Source: Planctomycetota bacterium
GTDB taxonomy: Bacteria; Planctomycetota; MHYJ01; WSZJ01
Assembly: GCA_038060895.1 (NCBI GenBank)
Contig: JBBTCT010000001.1
Coordinates: forward strand, 473,917-537,916
DNA: 64,000 nucleotides
Direction of reading: 5' to 3'
Positions 9,552-19,270 of the stretch are shown here, one piece after another. The notes under the pieces are model-generated. The model was not told the origin of the DNA. It worked only from the letters and a program-made list of their open reading frames with translations, and did not search any database. The translations under genes and the position numbers were made by a program. Positions within the stretch are counted from its first letter, which is position 1; each line of letters begins with the position of its first letter.

Positions 9552-10523
9552 ATGAAGTCACCCTTCCTCCGTTGGCACCACGACGCCGTCCTCGTCGACG
9601 GCCACATGGACACGTTCTACAAGGAACTCGACGAGCACCGCAGCTGGTTCACGCGCCAGCCGAAGTGGCACATCGACTTCGCGCGCCTCCGGAAATCCGG
9701 CACCGATCTCCAGATCTGCGCGATCTACACGCCGCCGAAGTTCGAAGGCGCCGACGCGACGGTCTGGGCCGCACGGATGATCAATCGCATCTACGAGGCC
9801 GAGAAAGCCGCGCCGAAGCAGATCCGCATCATCCGCAGCCGCGCCGACCTCGACCTCCCCCGGCGCGTCACCGGCCTCCTCATCTCCATCGAGGGCGGCC
9901 TCCCTCTCGACGGCAAGCTCGACATGCTCGATTACTTCTACAACACCGGCGTTCGCGCCATGGGACTCACGCACAACCCGCGCAATCTCCTGGCCGACGG
10001 CGCTTCCGTCAAACACGCCCGCGGCCTCACCGCCTTCGGCAAGGCCGTCGTCCGCCGCATGGACGACCTCCGCATGGTCCTCGACGTCGCCCACCTCCAC
10101 CTCGCCGGCTTCAAGGACGCCATCCGCATCGCCCGCCGCCCGATCGTCACGTCGCACACCGGCCTCTGCCGCTTCCTCGACCGCCCGCGCAACATCACCG
10201 ACTGGCAGATGAAGAAAATCGCACAGACCGGCGGCGTCATCGCCATCGATTACCTCACGGAGCACCTCACCGGCGGACCCGAGCCCGCTTCCGTCAAGGA
10301 TGTCGTCGACAACATCGAGGCGGTCGCGGAGTTTGTGGGCGTGGATCACGTCGCGCTGGGAAGCGACTTCGACGGATACAACAGCGTGACGAAGGGGCTG
10401 GAGGACGTGACGGGCTTGCCGAACATCACGCGGGAGCTCGTGAAGCGTGGCTGGGGGGAGCGGGACGTGAAAAAGGTCCTCGGCGCGAACTACATGCGGG
10501 TGCTGAAACAGGTTCTCGCGTAA
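9552..10523 (+). CDS. Membrane dipeptidase (peptidase M19)
   Basis: VDGHMD, SIEG, LTHN, DVAH, SHT, RNITD, GSDFDG and LGANYMRV motifs. Confidence 0.93.
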   Translation: MKSPFLRWHHDAVLVDGHMDTFYKELDEHRSWFTRQPKWHIDFARLRKSGTDLQICAIYTPPKFEGADATVWAARMINRIYEAEKAAPKQIRIIRSRADLDLPRRVTGLLISIEGGLPLDGKLDMLDYFYNTGVRAMGLTHNPRNLLADGASVKHARGLTAFGKAVVRRMDDLRMVLDVAHLHLAGFKDAIRIARRPIVTSHTGLCRFLDRPRNITDWQMKKIAQTGGVIAIDYLTEHLTGGPEPASVKDVVDNIEAVAEFVGVDHVALGSDFDGYNSVTKGLEDVTGLPNITRELVKRGWGERDVKKVLGANYMRVLKQVLA

Positions 10524-10530
10524 CCGCTGG

Positions 10531-13500
10531 TCACGAAGAGGCGCCGGGTTCGGCCGCCGCCGCGTCGATCTGCGCGTCCACGGCGTCCAGCTCCTTGCCG
10601 ACGGCGGCGGCCTCGTCGGGATGCCCCGTTGCTTCGAGAGCCTCCATCAGACACTTCAGCGCGTTGGACTGGTCGTAGAGCGCGCCCGATTCGCGGAACA
10701 GCGCCAGCGCTTCCCGGACAAACGGGATGGCTTCTTCGTTCTTCGCCTCGGCGAAGGACACGCCTGCGAGTTCGAGAAGCGACCGCCCGATTCCCCAACC
10801 GTCCTTAAGCTCGCGCCGGATCGCGAGTGACTCGTGAATGGCAACCCGGGCGCCCGCGATGTCGCCCTTGCCGAGAAGCGCCTTTCCGAGGTGGATGTGG
10901 CAGGAAGCGATCCCGAGCCGGTCGCCGATGCGGAGGCGGATGGCGAGGGCTTCCCGCGCGAGGGCGATCGCGCGATCCCACTCTCTCCGGCCGGTCATGA
11001 TCATGGCCTGGTTGTTGAGTGCGTTGGCCTCGCCGGAGGGAGACTCCATGCTCCGGAACCGGTTTGCGGCGTCGCGAAGGACTTCGAGGGCCTCCTCGTC
11101 GCGTCCCTGCCGGGCGAGCCCCGCTCCGAGATTGTTCAGGCAGCCGGCCATGGAGGCGAGGTTTCCGGTGTCCCGGTAATCCGCAAGCGCTTCGCGGTAC
11201 AGGTCCAGGGCCTCGCGGGTTCTTCCGAGCCGGTCGAGGACGGCGGCCATGCTCATCCGGACATTGGCGACGTCCTTGCGCGCTCTGCCCTGGGCGAGGT
11301 CCAGAGCCTTCTGGTGGCACGCGAGAGACTTCACGAGCCGTCCGCGGCTGCGCTCGACGGTGCCGCGCTGGATCCAGACACTCCCCAGGATGGATCGGCG
11401 GGCAGGTTCCGGGAGCGCTGCGGTTTCGGGTTCGACTACGGCGAGCGTCTCCAGGGCCTCGTCGTACCTGGCCATGGACCCCAGCGTCACCGCAACAACC
11501 AGGCGCGCCCGGGCCCGGTCCTCGGTGTCCGTGCATCGTGCGACCGCTTCCGCAGCACAGGCCAGCGAGGCCGGGTAATCGCCGGTGCGTTCCAGGATCT
11601 GCGCACGAAGGCCCGGGATCTGCCACGCCGCCCCCGGGAACTCCGCCCCTGCTGCCTCCGCGGCGCGGACGGATTCCTCGGACTCGCGAAGCCGGCCGAG
11701 CTGATGAAGGGCCCTCGCCGCCGTGAAGTGCGCGAGCGCGGCCGGGGCGCAGCGGGCGGACTCTTTGCAAAGAGAGAGGGTCTCGACGGGCAGTCCTTCA
11801 GCGGCAGCGCCCTCTGCGGCCTTGAGCCAGAGCGCGGCGGCCTCGGCCGGCTGCCCGGCTGCCTCACGGTGCCTGGCGGCGAGGGCAAGAAGAACGCGCC
11901 CCTCAGCGGCCGCGCGCTGCTCGAGCAAGATCGCGGCGGCGAGGTGGAGGCGGGCCCGGTCCTTCCTCGTCAGCAGCGAGTAGGCGGCGTCGCGAAGCAG
12001 CGCGTGCCGGAACGAAAATTCCCGGTCGGCCGGAAACCGCGAGCCCTCGCCCGCGCGCACGAGGTCGCGCCTGCGCGCCTCCTCGACCGCCTCGTCGACC
12101 TCCCGTTCCAGGACGCTCGCGAGAAGTCCGTTCCAGAAGACGCGGCCGAGAACGCTGGCGCCCTTGAGGGCCTCACGGTGGGAGGAGCTGAGGGAGTCGA
12201 TACGGGCGACAAGGAGGCCCTCGAGGCCGGAGGGAACGCGCATGGGGCCGGGAGCGAGGGCGCGCGGTTCGCCGGCGATCAATCCTTCTTCCAGCAGGTA
12301 GCGGGTGAGCTCTTCGGCGTAGTACGGGTTTCCGCCGGTGGCCTCGACGAGAAAGTCCTCGAGCTCCCGGGACAGCGGCGCGCGGACGATGGAAGCGGCA
12401 AGGCGGATAACGGCGTCGCGGGCGAGCTCCGTGAGCGCGACGACCTTGAACCCCGCCGGCCGCCGGCCGCCGGGGCGCGCGGTCGCCACGACCATGAGCG
12501 GGCGGCCGGAAGGCGCCGCGGCGAGGGACTCGAGGAGGGCCAGCGTGGCTTCGTCGGCGACGTGCAGGTCTTCGAGGACGAGAAGGGCCGGCGCGCGCGC
12601 GACGAGCCAGCGGGACCAGGCGTTGCGGATTTCCGCCTCGAGCCGCGCGGGGCCGATTCCCGAGAGGCGCTCGCCGGGCGCCGCCAGCCCGAGCGAGAAG
12701 CGGATCAGGTTCACGAAGGTCTCCCGGGTGGCCGCGTCGGGCTCGACCTGCGCGAGGATCTCGTCGAGGCGCGCGGCTTCGGTCGCGCCCGGGTCGCCGC
12801 GCATCGCCTCCGCCAGCGGCGCGAGCGGCGCGCGCACTCCTTCAACCGCCCGGCCTGTGACGACCCACGCCGATGGCGCCGCCCGGCGCACCGCGCGCCT
12901 CAACTCCTGCGCGAGCCGGCTCTTCCCCACCCCCGCTTCTCCTTCGATCACCACGAACGCGCCCTTCCCTGCCTCCCAGAGCGCCTTCAGTCCGGCGAGC
13001 TCCGCGTCGCGGCCCGCGAAGGGCGACTCGACGGGGGCCGTCATCGTCTCGGGACGACCCTCGTGCGCGTCGAATGCCTCCAACTTTTCCGCGCGGCCTT
13101 TCAGCTCGACCTGCTCACGGCGTTCGAATCGGAAGCGCTTCCGCGCGGCGCGCGCGGTGGACAGGGAGACGTGAACGGCGCCGGGCTTCGCGGTGGACTC
13201 GAGGCGCTGGGCGACGACGACGGCGTCGCCGGTGACGGTTGCGCGCTCGCCGCCGATGGTCCCCCATAGCGCGGAACCGGTGTTGATTCCGACGCGCATC
13301 TTCAGGTCGAGGCCGCGCTCCGTGTTGAACAAGGTCAGCTCGCGCTGCATCGCAAGCCCCGCCGAAACGGCCCTCGCGGGGTCGTCCTCGTGCGCGACCG
13401 GGGCACCGAACACGGCCATCACTGCGTCGCCGATGAACTTGTCCACCGTTCCCCCCCGCGCTTCGATGAGCGGGCGGAATCGGCGGAACATCCCGTCGAC

Positions 13501-13611
13501 GATGTCAGTCAGCTCTTCGGGATCCAGCAGCTCGGACATCCGCGTGAACCCGGACAGGTCCGAGAACAGGACGGTGACGGTGCGGATCTCGCGAGGGTCG
13601 GTCGGCGGCAC
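10531..13611 (-). CDS. Class III nucleotide cyclase - STAND AAA ATPase - TPR protein
   Basis: LFSDLSGFT, DKFIGDAVMA and RVGINTG; Walker A GEAGVGKS; Walker B LVLEDLH; TGGNP; FRHALLRDAAY; C-terminal TPRs. GTG 13611 lies 6 nt after TATTAT. Confidence 0.9.
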   Translation of the reverse strand: MPPTDPREIRTVTVLFSDLSGFTRMSELLDPEELTDIVDGMFRRFRPLIEARGGTVDKFIGDAVMAVFGAPVAHEDDPARAVSAGLAMQRELTLFNTERGLDLKMRVGINTGSALWGTIGGERATVTGDAVVVAQRLESTAKPGAVHVSLSTARAARKRFRFERREQVELKGRAEKLEAFDAHEGRPETMTAPVESPFAGRDAELAGLKALWEAGKGAFVVIEGEAGVGKSRLAQELRRAVRRAAPSAWVVTGRAVEGVRAPLAPLAEAMRGDPGATEAARLDEILAQVEPDAATRETFVNLIRFSLGLAAPGERLSGIGPARLEAEIRNAWSRWLVARAPALLVLEDLHVADEATLALLESLAAAPSGRPLMVVATARPGGRRPAGFKVVALTELARDAVIRLAASIVRAPLSRELEDFLVEATGGNPYYAEELTRYLLEEGLIAGEPRALAPGPMRVPSGLEGLLVARIDSLSSSHREALKGASVLGRVFWNGLLASVLEREVDEAVEEARRRDLVRAGEGSRFPADREFSFRHALLRDAAYSLLTRKDRARLHLAAAILLEQRAAAEGRVLLALAARHREAAGQPAEAAALWLKAAEGAAAEGLPVETLSLCKESARCAPAALAHFTAARALHQLGRLRESEESVRAAEAAGAEFPGAAWQIPGLRAQILERTGDYPASLACAAEAVARCTDTEDRARARLVVAVTLGSMARYDEALETLAVVEPETAALPEPARRSILGSVWIQRGTVERSRGRLVKSLACHQKALDLAQGRARKDVANVRMSMAAVLDRLGRTREALDLYREALADYRDTGNLASMAGCLNNLGAGLARQGRDEEALEVLRDAANRFRSMESPSGEANALNNQAMIMTGRREWDRAIALAREALAIRLRIGDRLGIASCHIHLGKALLGKGDIAGARVAIHESLAIRRELKDGWGIGRSLLELAGVSFAEAKNEEAIPFVREALALFRESGALYDQSNALKCLMEALEATGHPDEAAAVGKELDAVDAQIDAAAAEPGASS

Positions 13612-13674
13612 GCGCGGATAATACGGGCGGCGAGAGAGAAAATCCCGCGCATGATCCTGGCGCTGCGCGCCCGG

Positions 13675-13827
13675 AACTTCAATTTCAACTTCAACTTCAA
13701 CTTTCAATTTTCAAGCAAACCGCAACTACAAACGGACAACGACAAGGTCCTGATTCCGGGGGGCTGTTTTCCGTTTGAAGTTGCCGGTTGCTTGAGAGTT
13801 GAAAATTGAAGTTGAAAGTTGAAGTTG
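13675..13827. repeat. Palindromic intergenic element built from CAACTT-like short units (copy 2)
   Basis: (AACTTC)n...TCAAGCAAACCGCAACTACAAACGG / CCGTTTGAAGTTGCCGGTTGCTTGAGAGTTGAAAATTGAAGTTG; shares blocks with 5231-5352. Confidence 0.82.
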
Positions 13828-13901
13828 TCGTTCCCCGCGCCGTGATACCTTTCCTTCCAGCCCGGGGGGGCCGCCCAAACCGCATATACTCGGTGCCCCT
13901 C

Positions 13902-16900
13902 ATGCCCTACCTCCTCGCCCTCGTCTTCGCCGTCAGCGGCGCTTCCGCCCTCATCTACGAAGTCGCGTGGGTGCGCATGCTCGCCGCCAGCCTCGGCGCT
14001 TCGTCGTACACCATCGGCACGGTCCTGGCCGCCTACATGGGCGGCCTGGCGCTGGGGGCGCGGTGGATCGGGAAGCGCGCCGACCGGGATTCGCGGCCGC
14101 TGGCGACGTACGCGAAGCTGGAGTTCGGGATCGCGCTGGCGGCGGTGCTGGTGCCGGTGGCCTTCATGGCGCTGCCGGCGCTGAACCGGGCGGCGTACGG
14201 GGTTCTCGAAGGAAAGTTGTGGGCGCTGACTCTGGTGCGCTGCGCGCTGGCGTTCGCAATCCTCGTGGTGCCGACGGCGCTCATGGGGGCGACATTTCCC
14301 GCCATGGCCTCGGCCGTGGCGTCCGAAGGGAACAAAGGCTGGCGCGTCGGGCTCGTCTACGGCGCCAACACGCTGGGCGCCGTCGCGGGAGTCCTGCTCG
14401 CCGGGTTCTGGCTGATCGGGACCTATGGCCTGCGTGCGACGACATGGATCGCCGCCGGCGCCAACCTCGCGGCCGCGCTCGCCGCCTATGCCATCGCTTC
14501 CGGCCAGAAGCCCCGCGTCATGATCCCCGCGGAAGACCTGACGACGGCTCCCGAGGAAGAAGCCTCGCGCGCCGAGCAGCAGATGGCGCTCTTCGCGGCG
14601 GCAGGATGCGGGTTCGTGTCGCTGGGGTTCGAAGTGCTGTGGACGCGCATGTTCAGCGTGCTGTTCGCGAGCATCACTTATTCGTTCGCGATGATGCTCG
14701 CGGTGTTTCTCCTCGGGCTGGCGGTCGGCGCGCCGATCGCGGGACGCGTGTCGGACGCCGTGAAGCGCGCCCGGCTCGAGCTCGCCGGGGTGCTGATGCT
14801 CGCGGTGGCGGTCGCTTCGCTCGGCGCCTACCTCGTCTTCCCGCATCTCCGCACGCAGACCGGCACGACGTCGCTGGCCTTCGGCGGCCCGTCGTGGCCG
14901 ACGTACCTGCGCAGCCTCGCGGGCGACGCGGCCGCCGTGATGCTCTTCCCCGCCTTCCTCATGGGCTGCATTCTCCCCGTCCTCGCGCGGATCCTGTCGC
15001 ACGGCCCGACCGCCGGCATGGCGTCACGGCTCGGCCGCGTCTACGCCGCGAACACGCTGGGCGCCATGGGCGGCTCGCTGGTGACCGGCTTCATCCTCAT
15101 CCCCTGGATCCATAACTTCGCGCACGTCGCCGTCGTCCTCGCCGCGCTCTCCGCAGCCGGCGGCGCCGCCCTGCTCTTCCGCGGCGGGCACTGGCAGCCG
15201 ATGAACCGCTGGCTGGTGACGGGCGTAACAGCAATCACGCTGGCCCTCATCGTCATGGCCGGCCCGTTCCGCGAGAAAGTGCTCCTCGAGAAGGCCGGAC
15301 TGCAGAAGCCGGGGATCGCGCTTCTCTGGTACGACGAAGGCCCGTCGCTGACGGTCGCCGTCGTGGAAGAGGAAAAGTCGCGGGACCGGACGATGTACAC
15401 GGACGCGTTCAAGGTCGCGGGAACCGGCGACACGTACGAATACATGCGGATGATCGCGCACCTGCCGATGCTGTTGCACCCGGAAGCGAAGTCCGCGTGC
15501 GTAGTCGGCCTCGGCACGGGGACGACCGCCGGGGCGCTCGCGCTCTGGCCGCTGGAGAAGCTCGACATCGTCGAGCTCTGCCCCGAGGTCGCCCGCGCCA
15601 CGCCGTACTTCAAGCGCGCCAACCGCGGCCTCATGGAGCGCATCGGCAAGGACCCGCGGCTCCGGCTGCTCTTCGACGACGGCAAGGCCTACCTCCGCTC
15701 GACGCGCCGCTCGTATGACGTGATCGTCGCCGAACCGCTCAACCCGCACATGACGGGCGCTTCGTCGCTCTACTCGAAGGAATTCTATGAAGCGGCGCGC
15801 GACCGCCTTTCGCCCGGCGGCGTCGTCACCCAGTGGATCCCGATCCACGGCGTGAAGCCCGAAGATTTCCGCTCGCTCTTTCACACGTTCACCACGGTCT
15901 TCCCGGAAACCGCGGTCTGGTACTTCAAGGAAGCCGTCCTCCTGACCGGCCACAACACGAAGTTCGTGCTGCGCTACCCGGCGTTCAAGGCAGCGCTGGA
16001 CCGGGGCCAGACGCAGGCCGAGCTGATTCCGCTCGGGCTCGAAGAGGTCTACACGCTCCTCGGCTGCTTCGTCGCCGGCCCTCGCGCGGTCGCCAACTAC
16101 GCGCGCTACTCCCCCGTCATCACCGACGACCTCCCGTCGATCGAGTACTTCCGGTCCGGCCAGCCCGTCGCGTTCGCCGAGCGCGAAAATCTCGACGGCC
16201 TCGCGCAGCACCGCGAGCAGATCCTCTCCTACATTTCATTCGCCGGGCTCGACCCGAAGGTCGCTCACTTCCAGTCCAGCTACTTCATGATCGTTTCCAC
16301 GAACCATTACATTGCCCGCGGTCTCTACATCGATGCCCGCAAACTGGAAATGGACGCGGAGCGCGCCCGGGCCGCCGGCGACATGAATGCGGCAAAGAGC
16401 TTCTACTCGCAGGCGTTCGACAAGCTCAAGGCCGGTGCAAACGCGGCGCCCGAGGATCGGTATCTCCAGCGGCACCTCAAGAGATACGAGAAGAGCCCTA
16501 CCCCCGACGACAAGCTCACGGTCGAGAGGGCGGACCAGATCCGCAAGTGGTCCAAAGGCAACGTCACCGAAAAAGTCCGCGCGTGCGCCCTCCTCGAGCA
16601 CTTCGCCGACTGGCAGGCCGGTGCGGTCATCGAGCCCCTGCTGACTGATCCCGACCCCAACGTCCGTTACTCCGCGGCCAAGGCGCTCGGCCCGATGGGC
16701 GCCAACGAAGCCACGACGCGGCGCGACAAAGTCGAGTCGGACTGCGCGGAGCTGCTTAAGCAGGTCCTCGAGCGCCACAGCCGCGAATCCAAGGAAGTCC
16801 TCCACCAGGCGATCGCGTCGCTCAAAGTCATCGGCCCCAAGGGCGCTTCCAGCCTGATCCCGATCTTCATTCTCAAGGGCCCCAGGGGCCAGTCCGGCTG

Positions 16901-17543
16901 CGACGACGCCGAGATCCGCGCCGAGGCCGTGGTCGCGCTTCGCGAAATCGGCTCGACCGAATCGCTCGGCTACCTGTTCCTCGTGCTCGACGACCCCGAC
17001 AAGGGCGTGCGCGGCGAAGCGGTCGTCTCGCTGGCAAACTCCGGATACCCGTGGGCCGTCCCGGGGCTCCTGCAGGCCCTCAAGGATCCGTTTCCGCCGA
17101 TCGCCCAGGTCGCAGCCGAGGGCCTGAAGAAAATCACGGGCCTCGGGAAAGACTGGTCGCCGACGGCGTCGGCCGAGGTCCGCGGCGCGTGCGCGCTCGA
17201 ATGGGAGAGGTGGTACGACTCGTGGCGCAAACAGCGCGACTGGGCGATCGAGTGCGGCGGCATGCCGACGGCGGAAGTCGAGTCGTCCATTGACGCGCTC
17301 ATGGTCCGGCGAAGCGACGACGAGCGAGCCGCCTGGGAGAAGGTGCGCGCGCATTACGCGGCCTTCCGCGCTTCCGAGGACAAGTCCACCTGGACCGCCG
17401 AGCGCCTCAGCAGGCCCGCCGACCTCTTCCTCAAGGCGATCAAGGACGACGCGAAGCTCTGGTTGGCCGTCGTCATCCTCGAGCAGAAATCCGGCCTCCT
17501 CCACGGCATCGTCCCGCCCGACCGGATGCAAGCTCCGAAATGA
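13902..17543 (+). CDS. Fused MFS-like membrane / spermidine synthase protein with C-terminal HEAT repeats
   Basis: SGASALIYEVAW, YGANTLGAV and YAANTLGA membrane repeats; VVGLGTGTT, VELCPEV, DDGKAYL and YDVIVAEP SAM-fold motifs; HEAT motifs DPDPNVRYSAAKAL and DPDKGVRGEAVVSL. Confidence 0.85.
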   Translation: MPYLLALVFAVSGASALIYEVAWVRMLAASLGASSYTIGTVLAAYMGGLALGARWIGKRADRDSRPLATYAKLEFGIALAAVLVPVAFMALPALNRAAYGVLEGKLWALTLVRCALAFAILVVPTALMGATFPAMASAVASEGNKGWRVGLVYGANTLGAVAGVLLAGFWLIGTYGLRATTWIAAGANLAAALAAYAIASGQKPRVMIPAEDLTTAPEEEASRAEQQMALFAAAGCGFVSLGFEVLWTRMFSVLFASITYSFAMMLAVFLLGLAVGAPIAGRVSDAVKRARLELAGVLMLAVAVASLGAYLVFPHLRTQTGTTSLAFGGPSWPTYLRSLAGDAAAVMLFPAFLMGCILPVLARILSHGPTAGMASRLGRVYAANTLGAMGGSLVTGFILIPWIHNFAHVAVVLAALSAAGGAALLFRGGHWQPMNRWLVTGVTAITLALIVMAGPFREKVLLEKAGLQKPGIALLWYDEGPSLTVAVVEEEKSRDRTMYTDAFKVAGTGDTYEYMRMIAHLPMLLHPEAKSACVVGLGTGTTAGALALWPLEKLDIVELCPEVARATPYFKRANRGLMERIGKDPRLRLLFDDGKAYLRSTRRSYDVIVAEPLNPHMTGASSLYSKEFYEAARDRLSPGGVVTQWIPIHGVKPEDFRSLFHTFTTVFPETAVWYFKEAVLLTGHNTKFVLRYPAFKAALDRGQTQAELIPLGLEEVYTLLGCFVAGPRAVANYARYSPVITDDLPSIEYFRSGQPVAFAERENLDGLAQHREQILSYISFAGLDPKVAHFQSSYFMIVSTNHYIARGLYIDARKLEMDAERARAAGDMNAAKSFYSQAFDKLKAGANAAPEDRYLQRHLKRYEKSPTPDDKLTVERADQIRKWSKGNVTEKVRACALLEHFADWQAGAVIEPLLTDPDPNVRYSAAKALGPMGANEATTRRDKVESDCAELLKQVLERHSRESKEVLHQAIASLKVIGPKGASSLIPIFILKGPRGQSGCDDAEIRAEAVVALREIGSTESLGYLFLVLDDPDKGVRGEAVVSLANSGYPWAVPGLLQALKDPFPPIAQVAAEGLKKITGLGKDWSPTASAEVRGACALEWERWYDSWRKQRDWAIECGGMPTAEVESSIDALMVRRSDDERAAWEKVRAHYAAFRASEDKSTWTAERLSRPADLFLKAIKDDAKLWLAVVILEQKSGLLHGIVPPDRMQAPK

Positions 17544-18379
17544 TTCGAGGGACGCTCTTCGTCGTCGCGACGCCGATCGGGAACCTGGAGGACATCACCC
17601 TACGGGCGATCGACGCGCTGAAGACATGCGAGGTCATCGCGGCGGAGGACACGCGCACGGCGAAGAAGCTCCTGGACCGTCACGGGATCGCGACACCGCT
17701 GGTGTCGTTCCACGAGCACTCGGGGCCGGGGAAAGTGGCGGACCTGGTGAAGCAACTGGAGGCCGGCAAGAGCATCGCGGTCATCTCGGAAGCAGGGACG
17801 CCGGGGATTTCGGATCCGGGTGAAGGGCTGATCCATGCCGCGGCGGCGTCCGGGATCACGGTCGTGCCGATTCCCGGCGCGGCGGCGTTCGTGGTGGCGC
17901 TTTCCGCGGCGGGATTGCCGATGGAGCGGGTCGCGTTCGAGGGATTCCTGCCGGCGAAGCCCGCGGACCGCCGCAAGCGACTGGCGTCGCTCGTCCGCGA
18001 ATCGCGCACGATGGCGTTCTACGAAGCACCGCATCGCATCGCCGAATCGCTCGCCGACATGCGCGACGCCTTCGGCGCCTCGCGGCGTGCCTGCGTCGCG
18101 CGCGAGCTGACGAAAATTCACGAGGAATTCGAGCGGGCAACGCTGGGCGAGCTCGCGGAGCGATGGGAGAAACGCGAGCCTCGCGGCGAGTTCACGGTCC
18201 TGGTCGAGGGAACAACGGAAACGGAAGAAGCAAAGGCGGAAGACGTGGAAACGGCGCTGAGGGCCGCGCTCGCGGCCGGGAAGAGCGTCTCAGCCGCCGC
18301 GAAGGAAGTGGCCGCAGCGCTCGGCCGTCCGCGCAACGTCGTCTATGCGCTCGCTCTGAGGCTGGAGGGCCGTTCGTGA
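17540..18379 (+). CDS. rsmI: 16S rRNA (cytidine(1402)-2'-O)-methyltransferase
   Basis: VATPIGNLEDIT, AAEDTR, SEAGTPGISDPG, YEAPHR and RELTKIHEE motifs. Confidence 0.96.
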   Translation: MIRGTLFVVATPIGNLEDITLRAIDALKTCEVIAAEDTRTAKKLLDRHGIATPLVSFHEHSGPGKVADLVKQLEAGKSIAVISEAGTPGISDPGEGLIHAAAASGITVVPIPGAAAFVVALSAAGLPMERVAFEGFLPAKPADRRKRLASLVRESRTMAFYEAPHRIAESLADMRDAFGASRRACVARELTKIHEEFERATLGELAERWEKREPRGEFTVLVEGTTETEEAKAEDVETALRAALAAGKSVSAAAKEVAAALGRPRNVVYALALRLEGRS

Positions 18380-19248
18380 GCGACGAGCTTCCTTTCTCGA
18401 ATCTCGAGTACCTCTACATCGGCTCGGCCGACACCGACCGCGACGCGAAATGGTACGTCGAGGTCCTCGGCGGGAAGCTGGCGTGGTTCTTCGACCGCTT
18501 CGGCGCCCGCGTCGCCGCGATCCGTCTGTCGCAGGGACCGCCGGTCGTCCTCGCGAGTCACCGGCCAGCGGGGTCGTGCATGCCGATTTACGCGGTGCAG
18601 GATCTCGCCGCAGCGGAGAACGCGCTCTCGGCACGCGGCTGGAAGTCCGACGGCGGCCTGGAATCTCCCAACGGTTTCGCCCGGACCTTCGCCGACCCCA
18701 GCGGCAACCGCTGCGCTCTTCTCCAGAACGACCGCCCGTGGGCGATGGAAGAGGCCTGGGCGAATGCGAAGAACGAATCCGCGGTGCGACCAGCCTGGGG
18801 CCCGCAGACGCCCGCGCCCCCGCCGCCGCGCGAGTCCGATCTCGAGGACGACGCGTTCGTGGCGGCCTTCGAGGCAAAGTCGCTTCCGTTCCAGACCTGG
18901 ACGCACCGTTCGCACATCCGGCTTGCGTGGAACTACCTGAAGCGGCACGGGTTCGAGGGCGCGGTCCAGCGGACGAGCGCGGGGATTGCCGCCTTTCTCG
19001 CGGCCAACGCGGTGCCGGAGGGACCGAACATGGGGTACCACCAGACGATCACGACCGCGTGGCTGCGGATCGTGGACGCGACGATGAGAGTGCAGGCGCC
19101 TTGCGCGACGTCGCGCGAATTCTGTGACGCGCAGCCGCACCTGATGAAGCGCACGGTGCTGCGGCTGTTCTACTCTCCGGCGCGGATCATGTCGGCGGAG
19201 GCGAAGAAGGCATTCGTCGAACCGGACCTTGCGCCGTTGCCCCGTTGA
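18376..19248 (+). CDS. VOC/glyoxalase-like domain fused to an uncharacterised HxxH domain
   Basis: N-terminal half WYVEVLG...FADPSGNRCAL (VOC); C-terminal half WTHRSHIRLAW...YHQTIT...YS...FVEPDLAPLP; GTG overlaps the rsmI stop. Confidence 0.65.
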   Translation: MSDELPFSNLEYLYIGSADTDRDAKWYVEVLGGKLAWFFDRFGARVAAIRLSQGPPVVLASHRPAGSCMPIYAVQDLAAAENALSARGWKSDGGLESPNGFARTFADPSGNRCALLQNDRPWAMEEAWANAKNESAVRPAWGPQTPAPPPPRESDLEDDAFVAAFEAKSLPFQTWTHRSHIRLAWNYLKRHGFEGAVQRTSAGIAAFLAANAVPEGPNMGYHQTITTAWLRIVDATMRVQAPCATSREFCDAQPHLMKRTVLRLFYSPARIMSAEAKKAFVEPDLAPLPR

Positions 19249-19270
19249 CCAGGGCCGTCGGAAGTGACCA

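Noticed and set aside
10834-13269. Long antisense or alternate-frame ORFs (also 20521-22488, 25398-27614, 49211-51295, 59872-61818)
   Set aside because: These are shadow ORFs of well-supported genes in high-GC DNA and carry no recognisable motifs.
5231-13827. Short repeats at 5.2, 9.4 and 13.7 kb as CRISPR arrays
   Set aside because: The units are 6-7 nt, tandem and inverted. There is no repeat-spacer periodicity and no cas gene in the window.
13612-13901. ORF-track N-terminal extensions MKVEVEVEIEV (13707) and MKLKVEVV (13806)
   Set aside because: They come from reading through the palindromic repeat. Better starts are 13611 and 13902.
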